This document shows positions 52,242 through 64,000 of a stretch of DNA of 64,000 bases, one piece after another. The stretch's first letter is position 1; the number at the start of each line of letters is the position of its first letter. Both the position numbers and the translations under genes were made by a program. The notes beneath the pieces were generated by a model. The model ran no database searches and was not told where the DNA came from. It worked only from the letters and a program-made list of their open reading frames with translations. The DNA is from Octopus vulgaris (lineage: Eukaryota): assembly GCA_951406725.2 (NCBI GenBank), contig OX597837.1:1364001-1428000 (forward strand), read 5' to 3'.

Positions 52242-52277
52242 CTTTCTGTAGAAGAGCGTAGGCTCGAAACGTCAAAG
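52242..52277 (+). ncRNA. Degenerate minimal hammerhead motif in a Penelope-like terminal repeat
   Basis: CTTT-CTGtAGA-A-GAGC-gtag-GCTC-GAAA-CG-TC-AAAG. Stems I and II pair; the core has an A6 substitution. Confidence 0.4.
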
Positions 52278-52371
52278 ACTCTTCCATTTTTCCTGAGCGT
52301 CAAACTAATACACCTTGTTTGTTGTCACCTCATTCGCCCCCGTGTTGCACAATGTTGAACCATATATAATA

Positions 52372-52765
52372 TATTTCTTTATTGCTCACAATGGGCTAAA
52401 CATAGATGGACAAACAAGGACAGACAAAGGGATTAAGTCGATTACATCGACCCCAGTGCGTAACTGGTACTTCTATTTATTGACCCCGAAAGGATGAAAA
52501 GCAAAGTCGACCTCGGCGGAATTTGAACTCAGAACGTAACGGCAGACGAAATATCGCTAAGCATTTCGCCCGGCGCGCTAACGTTTCTGCCAGCTCGCCG
52601 CCTTGAAAGATAAAGACAGACGAAATACCTATTTCTTTACTACCCACAAGGGGCTAAACACAGAGAGGTCAAACAAGGACAGACAAACGGATTAAGTCCA
52701 TTATACCGACCCCAGTGCGTAACTGGTATTACTTAATCGACCCCGAAAGGATGAGAGTCAAAGTC
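52372..52765 (-). mobile_element. Two SINE family A copies in tandem
   Basis: Reverse-complement family-A bodies. The junction at 52612-52650 is identical to 15755-15795. Confidence 0.85.
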
Positions 52766-53689
52766 CGAACCACATATAATATACGCTCACTTGGTCAACG
52801 AACTGTCTCACCCTCATCTCCTTTCCTACCTTCTCGGACCTTCTCCACCTCTCCTGAACCACTTAATACCCCCACCCCCATTGGAACTTTATACTTCTTG
52901 AATTCTATTATCATGGATCTTAATGTACACAGTTGAAGAATAGATTAAAACACATCTCGGTAATTCTGTACAAAGTAGATGAGCTTAATTCGCTTGTCTA
53001 ATTTCATGAAATATTTTTACGGATTATTGATAGGACGCTGCATTAACCGAAACATTATCGTCTCAGACAAATACTCTCATGTATTTGATTATGGCTGTTC
53101 ATTTACACCAACACATGATTGTATATGTTCAAAATTCGGATCCTACCGATGCCAAATATACAAATGTTTCTTCCAATGTTAGAACAAAAAGCTTGTATGA
53201 TACTTTGAGTCGTTATATAATTCGCTGTACCCACCTCATTCTGTCCTTCTTTGCGTCTGTTGAAGAAATTTGAAACTTAAAAAGGTAAAAATAAAGCTTA
53301 GTTCTGAGGGTCATGCTCAGGAATGAGAAATATGGCGCTGAGTGTTCCTTCTTCATCTCTTTCCTCTCTCTCTCTTACATTCCACACACGTCTGGATTCC
53401 AACCCAATTTTTTCATTTACTCCGATGTCCTTACCATCATATGACATATGTACTGGACAAAGCCTCAGAACGTAACGTTCTCACGCGGCTCTCAAATGAC
53501 CCTAGCACACGGACTGAGTGGAAAACACGGGGAAAATGTCCTTACTCAACAACATGACAATCCTCAACAACGGCCAAAAACGGAACAGCTTGTGACACTG
53601 CCCCACATAACAAACTTTTGGAAACCAACAAATATGGAACTGGCTAAGTGTGTGGATGTGTGTGTGTGTGTGTGTGTCTTGATGCACAG

Positions 53690-54070
53690 TTATGGCTGTT
53701 CGTGTTTTGCAGTCATGTGGTTTCGGGTTTAATCCCACTTCGCGACACCTTGGGCCGACCAGTTCCTTGTAAGTGAATTTGATAGATGAAAGCTAAAACT
53801 GTGCGGAAGCCTGCTGTATATACGTGTGTGTGTGTATTTGTATTTGTTCGCCACACTGCTTCACGACCGGTGTTGGTTATCTTCGTGACGTCAGCGGTTC
53901 CGCACAAAAGACGGATAAAACCAGTGCCAGAATAAAAATAAAATAAAATATAAAAAAGGAGAAAAAAAAACAGAAATGAAAGATTACTTAGTGGATCGAT
54001 TTGTTCGAACAATCCTTTCCAGACGGTGCCCCAGAATGGCCACAGTCCAATGTCAGTCGAGCAAAATAAT
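53690..54070 (+). mobile_element. SINE family B, old copy
   Basis: accttgggccgacca...accggtgttgg...ggtgccccagaatggccacagtc. Confidence 0.65.
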
Positions 54071-54095
54071 ACAGGATATATATATATATATATAT

Positions 54096-54255
54096 ACTAG
54101 CAGTATCGCCCGGCGTTGCTCGGGTTTGTAAGGGAAATAACTATATAAGCAATTTTTAGAGAGTTATAGCCAAAAAATAGCAAAAAAAATGCATTAAACT
54201 GGAAAAAAAATGATGGTAAATTTTTTTTTTAAATCGTTGACTCATCGTAGACATG
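54096..54255 (+). mobile_element. Helitron/Helentron-like non-autonomous 5' end
   Basis: Begins ACTAGCAGTATCGCCCGGCGTTGCTCGGG (ACTAG plus GC hairpin) directly after (TA)n. Confidence 0.55.
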
Positions 54256-54295
54256 TCTATTTCTTCCGTTAGTCCTAAGTTGTGTGTTTTTTCAG

Positions 54296-54400
54296 ACGAC
54301 TAAAACACCAGCATATTACTGGTATTTCAGTCCGCGCAATGGCAATATACAAAACAGAGGCCGTGCGATTTCTCCACAAGACTGCAGTTGAATCCAAGAG
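54296..54400 (+). CDS. Candidate symmetric internal exon (105 nt, phase 2-2)
   Basis: Branch-like cctaag, acceptor gtgttttttcag|, donor gag|gtaaaa. Only one frame is open: RLKHQHITGISVRAMAIYKTEAVRFLHKTAVESK. Confidence 0.35.
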
Positions 54401-55291
54401 GTAAAATTTAACCCAAAGATATAAAAGAGAAACCATTGATTCCACGGCATTATCGACTCTGGTACCACATATTCTACTTGGCCTGAGGTGATTGTAAATA
54501 TTAATTAATTAAATATTCGGTCAGAAATTAATTAAAGACGACATTGGTATAGAGTTGGAAACTAGGGATGGAATTTGATATATTCGATGTAGGCACGACT
54601 CACATCTAATGATATTGATGTGTATGTGTGTGTAAAGATGTAATATATATATGTATGTATATGCATATATGTATACACACCCATACATGTTCCGTATGTA
54701 TAAATATATGCGTGCATATTTATAGGTTTCTATATTTGAGAGTGTATGAGTGGCTGTGGGGTGCATAAGCGTTTGCTAGTGAATGTAGGCATATCGATCT
54801 TTCTAGAATTCCTTCGTATAATGTGTTTACATTTGGAAAACGTTTATCTCTCTCTTTCTCTCACTCGATATATATATATATATATATATATATTAACATG
54901 CACATACACACACACACATACATTGCTCAGACTGTTTGTCTTCTCTTTTTGTATTTTATCCATCTCCAAAACACACATTCACACACACACACACACACAC
55001 CTACAGTGCATACATAATATGTATGTACATCATCTATCTGTCAGCGAATCTTTGCTCAAAGCAAACAATTAAGCTAGTTGACAGTCGCTAGTCTCCCGTG
55101 ATGTCCGCCAGGGGACACTGCAAGTAATCGTAACGAGTGTCATCTCCACAGCTTTAAAGTTGACTGACATTGCTGTTGAAGAATTAAAAGTGACATATGT
55201 ACAACAACGAAATGGGACGGAGAAGCAGACGCTGGGAAATGCACCGCAGACTCTCTTACATACCGACATGGGTGCATTATTGCACACTTAC

Positions 55292-55355
<64 letters not shown>

Positions 55356-55364
55356 CCTATCTAC

Positions 55365-55397
<33 letters not shown>

Positions 55398-57339
55398 CAT
55401 CGATCGTCAGTCTATCTATCTATAGATAGATAGATAGATAGTCGTGTGTGTATATACATTCACATAAACATATGTATGTCTGTAAATGCATGTTTGCGTG
55501 TGATTGTGTGTATACACACAGAAATGTGTGTATGTATAGATATAAATATACATACATGCACAAGCATACACGCATACTCACACGCATATATTGCATGTGC
55601 TGATACATGCATATACAAACATATACACATACACACACAGACACATATCTATATACATACATAAACATACACACATGTATATATAAATATACAAATACAC
55701 ACACACACATATATATAATATGCACATATAATTTTGTATATATATATATATATATCGGTTTTGAGACAGAGGCGTGTATACTTAACGTAGTTCTCAGGGA
55801 GATTCAGTGTGACAGAGTGTGATAAGGCTTGCCATTTGCAATACAGGTACTGCTCATTTTTGCCAGCTGAGTTAAGTAAAGTGTCTTGCTCAAGGACACA
55901 ACGCGTCGCCTGAAATTGAACTCACGATCGTGAGCCTAATCCCTAAGCCCCGCGCCTTCACTCGTTGCCGTAATGCGTCACAACCCAAGCCCGGATCGAA
56001 CCAAGGAATGTGTTTCCATTGACTAATCTTTTCACTATTCTAAATTCTGCTTTTTACCCCCGATAGAAATACGTCTTTTTCTTTTTCGTTTTTAATGATA
56101 ATACCAGGTGAGATTTGGCCTAAGAGACCATAGAACATTGAAATATTTAATCCGACAACATAACAACTCCAATAATTTCTCATTGTGAACCAGTATCGTA
56201 TTTATCATCCCTGAAAAATGAAATATAAATTTTCTGCGGCATGATTTGAGCTTCGATCGTAGAATATCGGGACCAAATACTTAAGGTCCTTTATCCGATA
56301 TTCTAAACACCCTGGTAAATTCTCTGGCGCGCGCGCACGCACACACACACACACACACACACACAGCCCACATGCACCTCCATCTGCAAATGTATTTATA
56401 TATTCAACCCAAAACACAGATATAAAAGACCGACCCTTAAGATTTCTTTCTGTCGCATCTCAAACACGAAAGAACATGATATTGCAGAGACCCTCAAGCA
56501 CCGAACTGTTATCTCTCAACTATTTTTATTGCATTGGACATTAGATTAAGAGAGAAAGCTTCTTTTCAGAGGACTGGAGAAGGTTTACTAAACATAAAAC
56601 AGGTGGCTTCATTGAATGGTTTATGCAATAACGACATATGCACGATAAAAGAAGAAGAGAAAAACAAAACTTCATGTAATATGAGACATTAATGGCTGCC
56701 TGTGTAACTTCCCGTGCTACGAACTCGATGTTAAGTGCTACAGTGTCTTATATGCTTAACTTACATTCATGCCTTCACACATACATACGTCTATATTGGG
56801 AAACCTGTCCTTATATACTCACGCGCAAATGTATGTAGCAAAATATCTAGTTTTTGTATATGTATTCCTGTATGTGCATGCGTGTGTGTGTGTGCTTGTG
56901 TGTGAAGGCGCATTGCCTAATGGTGATGATGTTGAACCCACGATCTCGCGATCGCAGGTTCGATTCCGGCACCAAGTAGAGCGTTGTGTTCTTGAGCAAG
57001 CCACTACCTTTCACGTTACTTCAGTCCACTCGGCTGCAAATGGGTCATCCTGTGATAGAGTAACCTTTCGCTCTGCGGGAACGTTGGTCTGTTTGCCAAG
57101 CCCGCTGTAGGGGTGGTCATGTTAGCATCACTTGAAAGCTAAAACGAAGCAAAGCACATTGCGACAAGTTATAATTTGGTCGATCGCGTGATACACACAC
57201 ACACACACACACACACATTTTTACGGGTTTCCAAGAAAGGCTGCGGCCAAGTAGTGGCACTGTATTTAATGTGATTGGCTTTGAACTTGCATTCACTTCC
57301 CGGTTCAGAGCTGGAGAGAGCTATTCTTTTCTGTCTTTT

Positions 57340-57950
57340 CTTCTGCGATGAAGGTGACATTTGTATCGCTCATAAAAATTTGTCGAAATATTCTTTGAAA
57401 ACATCCACATCCTTCACCTCATAGATCTATGGGGTTGCTTGGCATTTGTTGAAAAGATGTGGGTTCTTAAAACAACCTAAGGCCTTGTAGAACTCCATGT
57501 TTTCTCTAGATGAAGAGGATAGGGCCTTTGGTACAATGCAAAAGCGCCTTATTGGGTGGTTAATACAGATTTCAATCTCAAAGTTGGGAGCTAGACTATT
57601 CAGGATCTTCCATACATATATGTGTGTGTGTATCACAGCATATCTTTCGCGTCGTCTCTTTAGGGAATGTGGTCTCAGTTCTTTTATAACCCTTCAGTAG
57701 CTCGTCCTATTTCATCGCACCGAGTCAGTCTTTTTGTGTGTGTGTGCGTAATGGCATTGGATTGTCTCGAATCTCGTCAACAGCATCACTGTTTTTGATG
57801 ACTACATTTGAGAATAGTAATCTAGGAGACTGAGAATAAATGTTCGCCATAGGAGTAGCAGGGTATCCTTTTTTTCTGTTTTTAATGATCTCAGAATCCA
57901 ACCAGCCACTTACTTGCTCAGTGTTGCCACATTAGTAATAAGCCCATGAA
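57340..57950 (-). mobile_element. Old degenerate CR1-like LINE fragment
   Basis: Minus strand remnants SLKRRRERYAV and WKILNSLAPNF resemble the same ORF2 region, with stops and frameshifts. Confidence 0.55.
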
Positions 57951-58478
57951 ATGATGCCTCATTACTCATACAGTTTCCCACGGTACACACACACACACTC
58001 TCACACAACACACACACGTGCACACAAACAGACACACACACACACACACACACAGAGGTGAGCTTCGAGGGATTTATAATCCGAGCAGATACCGTGGTGA
58101 CGCTCAGTTATGTTCCAGATTAGGGCTAGCTGCATTGATCAGCATCTAACGTCAGTGACTACTATTAGTCGTCATTCACTCTGTAACTTCCTCCGACGGC
58201 TAATTCTGTGTTCGGTTCACTGGACGGCAATATTGTTTAGTGTAGATATATCAACAATAATTATAACGACCGTAAAAAATATGATGTATAAAAGAGTAAA
58301 ATAAGAAGAAATGAATTTTGAGGATGACCAAGTCTCCATGTTCTATATCGTCATAATTATTGCTAACATATCTATCTATATATACTGGAAGATTCTCATA
58401 CATTTCTCGTGCACATCCTTTTGTTGCCCGTTAATTTTATTCGTTCATTTGAATAGATTGTTTTCTTTTATTTGAATT

Positions 58479-58582
<104 letters not shown>

Positions 58583-58584
58583 AA

Positions 58585-58713
<129 letters not shown>

Positions 58714-58753
58714 CATATATATATATATAATATATATATATATACATACATAC

Positions 58754-58790
<37 letters not shown>

Positions 58791-58801
58791 CATACATATA
58801 T

Positions 58802-59538
58802 ATACTTTGATACTTTGATACTTTGATAGGTTTCGGCCATTATTGGCCCAGGCCATGTCTAACTTAATAGCACCACCTGGTGAAGTCTTTCAAGTCAGAA
58901 TTTGGGCACTATACTCAAGTAGAGAGTTATTGTTTACAGAGACATATCCGGGTGTAGGGGGTTTATCCGGGATTTCTTGAAGGAATCTGTCCAAAGACTT
59001 CTTGAACCCTATAGGGTCAGTTTCTGTTTTAATGTGTTTTGGTGTAATGTTAAAGAGAGCGGGGCCAATTGAGGTGAAATAATTGTGCCGTATTGTTGTT
59101 ATGAGATGAGAGTGCGATTTTTGTTTTGGGCGGATGGCACGGGGCCCAAGCCTTGGATGTACCTTAAAGGTGATGCCAACATCATTTGGGCAATGCTGAT
59201 GGAATATTTTCCACATCATGCAGATGATGTAGCGCTCACGACGACGTTGGAGAGAATAGAGTTTTAGCTTTTCTAGTCGACCCCAATAGTCGAGGCCTGT
59301 CATGCCATCTATCTTTTTTGTGATTGCCCTTTGAGGTGCTTCGACTTTTATGATACCTTGTATTGTGTGGGGAGACCACAGTGGACAACAGTATTCAAGG
59401 TGGGGTCGGGCAAAAGTGGAGAAGAGAAGGATAATGGTGTGGATATCTCTCGACTGGAAAGTTCTGAGAATCCAGGAACACATTCTGCGGGCCATGTCAA
59501 CTTTGGTGTTTATATAGTAGCTTACGTTGTTGTCACAA
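58802..59538 (-). mobile_element. 5'-truncated CR1-clade LINE (ORF2 C-terminus, 3' UTR, (TATCAAAG)n tail)
   Basis: About 215 uninterrupted codons including [26 protein letters not shown] and FKKSLDRFL, stop at 58890, then a short UTR ending in octamer repeats. Confidence 0.9.
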
Positions 59539-59627
59539 TTTATATATATATAAATATATATATATATACATACGTATATATATATACATATATATATATA
59601 CATATGTATATATATATATATATATAC

Positions 59628-59663
<36 letters not shown>

Positions 59664-60324
59664 CATATATATACATATGTATATATACATATGTATACAT
59701 ATATATATATATACATATATATACATATGTATACATATATATATATACATATATATATATACATATGTATACATATATATATATATACATATATATACAT
59801 ATGTATACATATATATATATACATATATATATATACATATGTATACATATATATATATATACATATATATACATATGTATACATATATATATATACATAT
59901 ATATATACATATGTATACATATATATATATATACATATATATACATATGTATACATATATATATGTATGTATATATACATATATATACATATATATATAT
60001 ACATATATATACATATATATGTATATATACATATATATGTATACATATATATATGTATATATATACATATATATACATATATATATATACATATATATAC
60101 ATATATATGTATATATACATATATATATATACATATATATACAAACATATATATATATACATATATATACATATATATGTATATATACATATATATATAT
60201 ACATATATATACAAACATATATATATATACATATATATATATACATATATACATACATATATATATATATATATACATATATATATACATATATACATAC
60301 ATATATATATATATACATATATAT

Positions 60325-60355
<31 letters not shown>

Positions 60356-60704
60356 TACATATATACATATACATATATATATACATATATATATACATAT
60401 ATATACATATACACATATACATATATACACACATATATATATACATATATATATACATATATATACATATGCATATATATACATATATATACATATACAC
60501 ATATACATATATACACACATATATATATACATATATATATACATATATATACATATGCATATATATACATATACATATATATATACATATATGTATATTC
60601 ATATATATATATACAAATATATATATATATTTATACATACATATATATACAAATATATATATATATTTATACATATATATATATACAAATATATATATAT
60701 ATTT

Positions 60705-60800
<96 letters not shown>
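59539..60800. repeat. 1.26-kb (TA)n/TACA compound microsatellite
   Basis: Visible directly. (TA)n at 58483-58801 flanks the other side of the CR1 insertion. Confidence 0.95.
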
Positions 60801-60803
<3 letters not shown>

Positions 60804-60809
60804 CATATA

Positions 60810-61078
60810 CGAAGGTGAGTTAAAAAGTAATGCCATTTTGTTTAGGACAGGTATAATTACCAACACAGGAACATGTATCATACATCAAAATGAAGCTTGT
60901 CCTCTGTGGATAACATCGCTACTTCCCAACATAGTCACCGTTTCTCTCAATTGCAATGTCGAGAAGTAGGGATGTGAACCACAGAGGACCAGCTTCATTT
61001 TGATGTATGATACATGTTCCTCTGTTGGTAATTATACCTGTCCTAAACAAAATTGCATTACTTTTTGACTCACCCTCG
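60810..61078. mobile_element. Palindromic mariner-type MITE (269 bp)
   Basis: TA flanks, cga(a/g)ggtgagt termini, arms of about 120 bp that are nearly complementary around a short spacer. Confidence 0.9.
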
Positions 61079-61544
61079 TATATATATATATATATATATA
61101 TATAGCTAACTAGCTAGTGAGATGACTCCAGCATGTTAAATCAAAAGGCAATCCAATTGAAGTGTGATTTGGCGCTATTATCACAGAGATCATATTTAAT
61201 TTCAAATTTGTAGCAACATGGATTGTAGTCCCATCATTTCGATTGGCGGAAACTATGCGAAGCATTTCATCGCCGTATAAATATAATGTGAGCATATGTG
61301 GGTTTTTCTCGTCACTTGGCAACCGGTGGGAATTCTTTTCGTCCCTGTGACGTAGCAGTTCATAAAACAAGAATTGATAAAATTATGTACTGAAGTCGAT
61401 TTGACTAAACACTTAAAAGCGATGCTCCAGCATGGGCACACTCAAGCATCTGAGTGTATAAATGTATCATCTATCTGTTTCTGCCGTCCTGTCTGTCTGT
61501 CTGTCTGTTTGTGTGTGTCTGTCTGTCTGTCTCTCTATCTCCCG

Positions 61545-61595
<51 letters not shown>

Positions 61596-61974
61596 TGCAT
61601 AGATATATATTTGGAATTGAAATGGCTTTTCCTGTAATATTAATATGACTTGAAGTATTATTTCCTTTAATATAATTAAATTACATCTATAATTAATGAA
61701 TCAATAATTACATAGAATATTAGCATTACGGAGTAAATTGCTCTTACATAGCTATAGTACAAGATAGATTCTGGAACGATGGTCGTTATCGGTAAAAGTT
61801 CGATCATAACAGAAATTTTACAACTGCTCAATGCATTCATCAAACGTGAGAAATGAAAATAATTTAACGTTTCGGAGAAAAACTTTTGTCGAGAGTGAGG
61901 TGTGTATTATAACATTCCCAGTAGTGGTTGTCGTTAGAAAAGGGATGAGATCTGTATGCCTCGAGTATTGGCAA

Positions 61975-62178
61975 CCTAGTAGGAACATTAGCACGCCGGG
62001 CAAAATACTTACGGGCTTTACATCCGTCTCTTCTGTTCTGAGTTCAAATTCCGCCGGGTCGACTTTGCCCCTCATTCTTTTGGGGTCGGTAAAATAAGGA
62101 CCAGTCGAGCACTGGGGTCGATGTAATCGACTTATCCCAACAGCCGGAATTGCTGACCTTGTGCCAAAAGTTGAAATC
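61975..62178 (+). mobile_element. SINE family A
   Basis: ttagcacgccgggcaaaat...ctgagttcaaattccgccg...tcgactttgcc...ggggtcg. Confidence 0.8.
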
Positions 62179-63104
62179 ACTAATTTCTCCTTTATAAACA
62201 TAGATCAGAATTTCTCTCAGCTTTTCTCCGATCAACGTTTCTGGTTTTCATCAGAGACATCCTACAGAAACCTCGGTTATTTCACTTTGGTGTGAATTGT
62301 CTGAGTCAGTGATACTTTGAAGAAAATGCTTATTCCAGATTTCTGCACTCCAAGTTCAATAAACGACATAAGCTTTGCCATTCATATTTCTGGGCGTCTA
62401 AAAACTGTAGCACGCATACAGGGTGACTTGGTGCAAACATTAGGTGTCGCCCTTGCGGCATTTGCTTCGGCTCTTTATTCCCTTAAATATTTCATTGGGA
62501 TTCTTTTTGATTTCAGCGTTCCCAAATCGATATTATATATATATATATATATATGCACACACACATGCACCGGTGCGATGTTAGTATCACCAAATCAATA
62601 GACTACACCTCCATTCCTCGCCATTAGAAACGTGTGGCGTTGCACTCATGTTATCGGTTATTTAAGTGAATGGTTATAAATAATTCGAAATATGAGGTAA
62701 TTATAAAATGGTAATTAAATATTCCTGAAACATTTTGAAATGAAATTATTTTTGCAAACAGGAAGGTAATCTTGTTTTAGTTGAAGAATTTTCATGAGAT
62801 GGAATTATGCCAAAAATAAAACAACAACAACAATTTAGGTGACGAATGTTTTATGTCTGTATGCATATAGTGTGTATATGTATATTTATATGTATGTTTG
62901 TATGTGATGTATTTGTGCGTGTGTGTTTGTTTGTATATGTGGATGTTTGAATATATATGGATATATGCAAATAAGATTGTATGTATATGTTTGTATGTAT
63001 ATGTATTTATGTATCTCTATATGAAAATATAGATGTATGTGTGCATATATGAATAATTATAAGGATGGACGTACGTGCATATGTATGTATGTGTGTGTAT
63101 GTAC

Positions 63105-63155
<51 letters not shown>

Positions 63156-63262
63156 TATTTACGTATTCGTGTATTAGTGTGTGCATATGCATATATGTTT
63201 CTATGTATGTTTGTATGTGCTTGTCTGTATGTGTGTATGTTATTATCAGTTGTATTCTACAG

Positions 63263-63351
63263 ATATTTCCTGCTACGTCGTCGTGTCGTTATGTCAGTTA
63301 AATCGCGTTGACACCAACCACATTTTAACTGCAGTGAATTCATACTACAGC
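63263..63351 (+). CDS. Candidate internal exon (89 nt, phase 1 to 0)
   Basis: Acceptor tgtattctacag|, donor |gtatgt. Only one frame is open: ISCYVVVSLCQLNRVDTNHILTAVNSYYS. Confidence 0.3.
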
Positions 63352-64000
63352 GTATGTAGGTGCTTACACACATCTATCTATCTATCTGTCTATCTATCTA
63401 CATGCATACATGCATACACACACACACACACACATTATAATCGAATGATTCCGATCATCAGCTGGTAAAACAAAACTAAACTCTCTTCAGAAATGAGTGA
63501 CTCCGAATACTGGAAATCGAACCTTTCAGTTATGATGTATTAAAGAATACATTGAATTGAGTCCTGTAATCTATCACTTCTGCGGAGAAAAGAAATCTGT
63601 CGACATATCTAGGTCTCTCTCTCCCTCCCTCACTCTCTCTCTCTATATATATGTGTGTGTGTGTGTGTATGTGTGTGCACATATGTATATAAGTATGTGT
63701 GTATAGATATGTATATCTATATATGTGTGTATATATATATATGTATATATGTGTGTATATGTATATATATATATGTATATATATATGCATCGATATATAT
63801 ATATATATATATGAATATATGTGTATATATATATATGTATATGATATATGTATATGATATGTTATATGTATATATATGTATATATATATGCATACATATA
63901 TGTATACATATATATGTATATATATATGTATATATGTGTATATATGTATATATATATATATGTATATATGTATATATATATATATGTATATATGTATATA

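Noticed and set aside
53067-53182. Cys-rich short reading frame after tctcag
   Set aside because: Weak pyrimidine tract and no recognisable cysteine spacing.
55069-55291. Unique GC-richer island with open frames on both strands
   Set aside because: No coherent pair of splice sites and no recognised motif.
58890-60969. 663-aa and overlapping 300-500-aa ORFs
   Set aside because: Only 58890-59538 is real coding-derived sequence (CR1 ORF2); the rest is TA-repeat read-through.
62225-62262. Minus-strand CTGATGA...GAAAC motif
   Set aside because: No stem II can form (aaacca) and stem I is marginal; likely chance.

Overview
AT-rich, microsatellite-saturated eukaryotic genomic DNA. The three tRNA-derived SINE families, the (TA)n/(CA)n/(TATG)n/(TAA)n density and the LINE spectrum most resemble an octopus (coleoid cephalopod) genome; this is inferred from repeat recognition, not a database hit. 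Nearly all ORFs in the supplied track are microsatellite artefacts. The well-supported host coding content is two phase-compatible + strand exons (3354-3522 and 16482-16582) that splice across a 12.96-kb intron into a fasciclin (FAS1) domain, plus a few weaker orphan exon candidates. The rest is transposon debris: about 30 SINE copies, R4/Dong, CR1, RTE and Tx1/L1-like LINE fragments, Penelope-like elements, a maT/mariner relic, several MITEs, a Helitron-like end and an LTR-element 3' end. Three observations stand out. (1) At least six distinct minimal type-I hammerhead ribozyme motifs, mostly with palindromic stem III and mostly inside Penelope-type inverted repeats. (2) A 1.8-kb cryptic array of about 30 TGRYCA(GTGG) motifs at 43250-45015. 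(3) An R4/Dong-like family that appears to insert into (CATA)n rather than (TAA)n.
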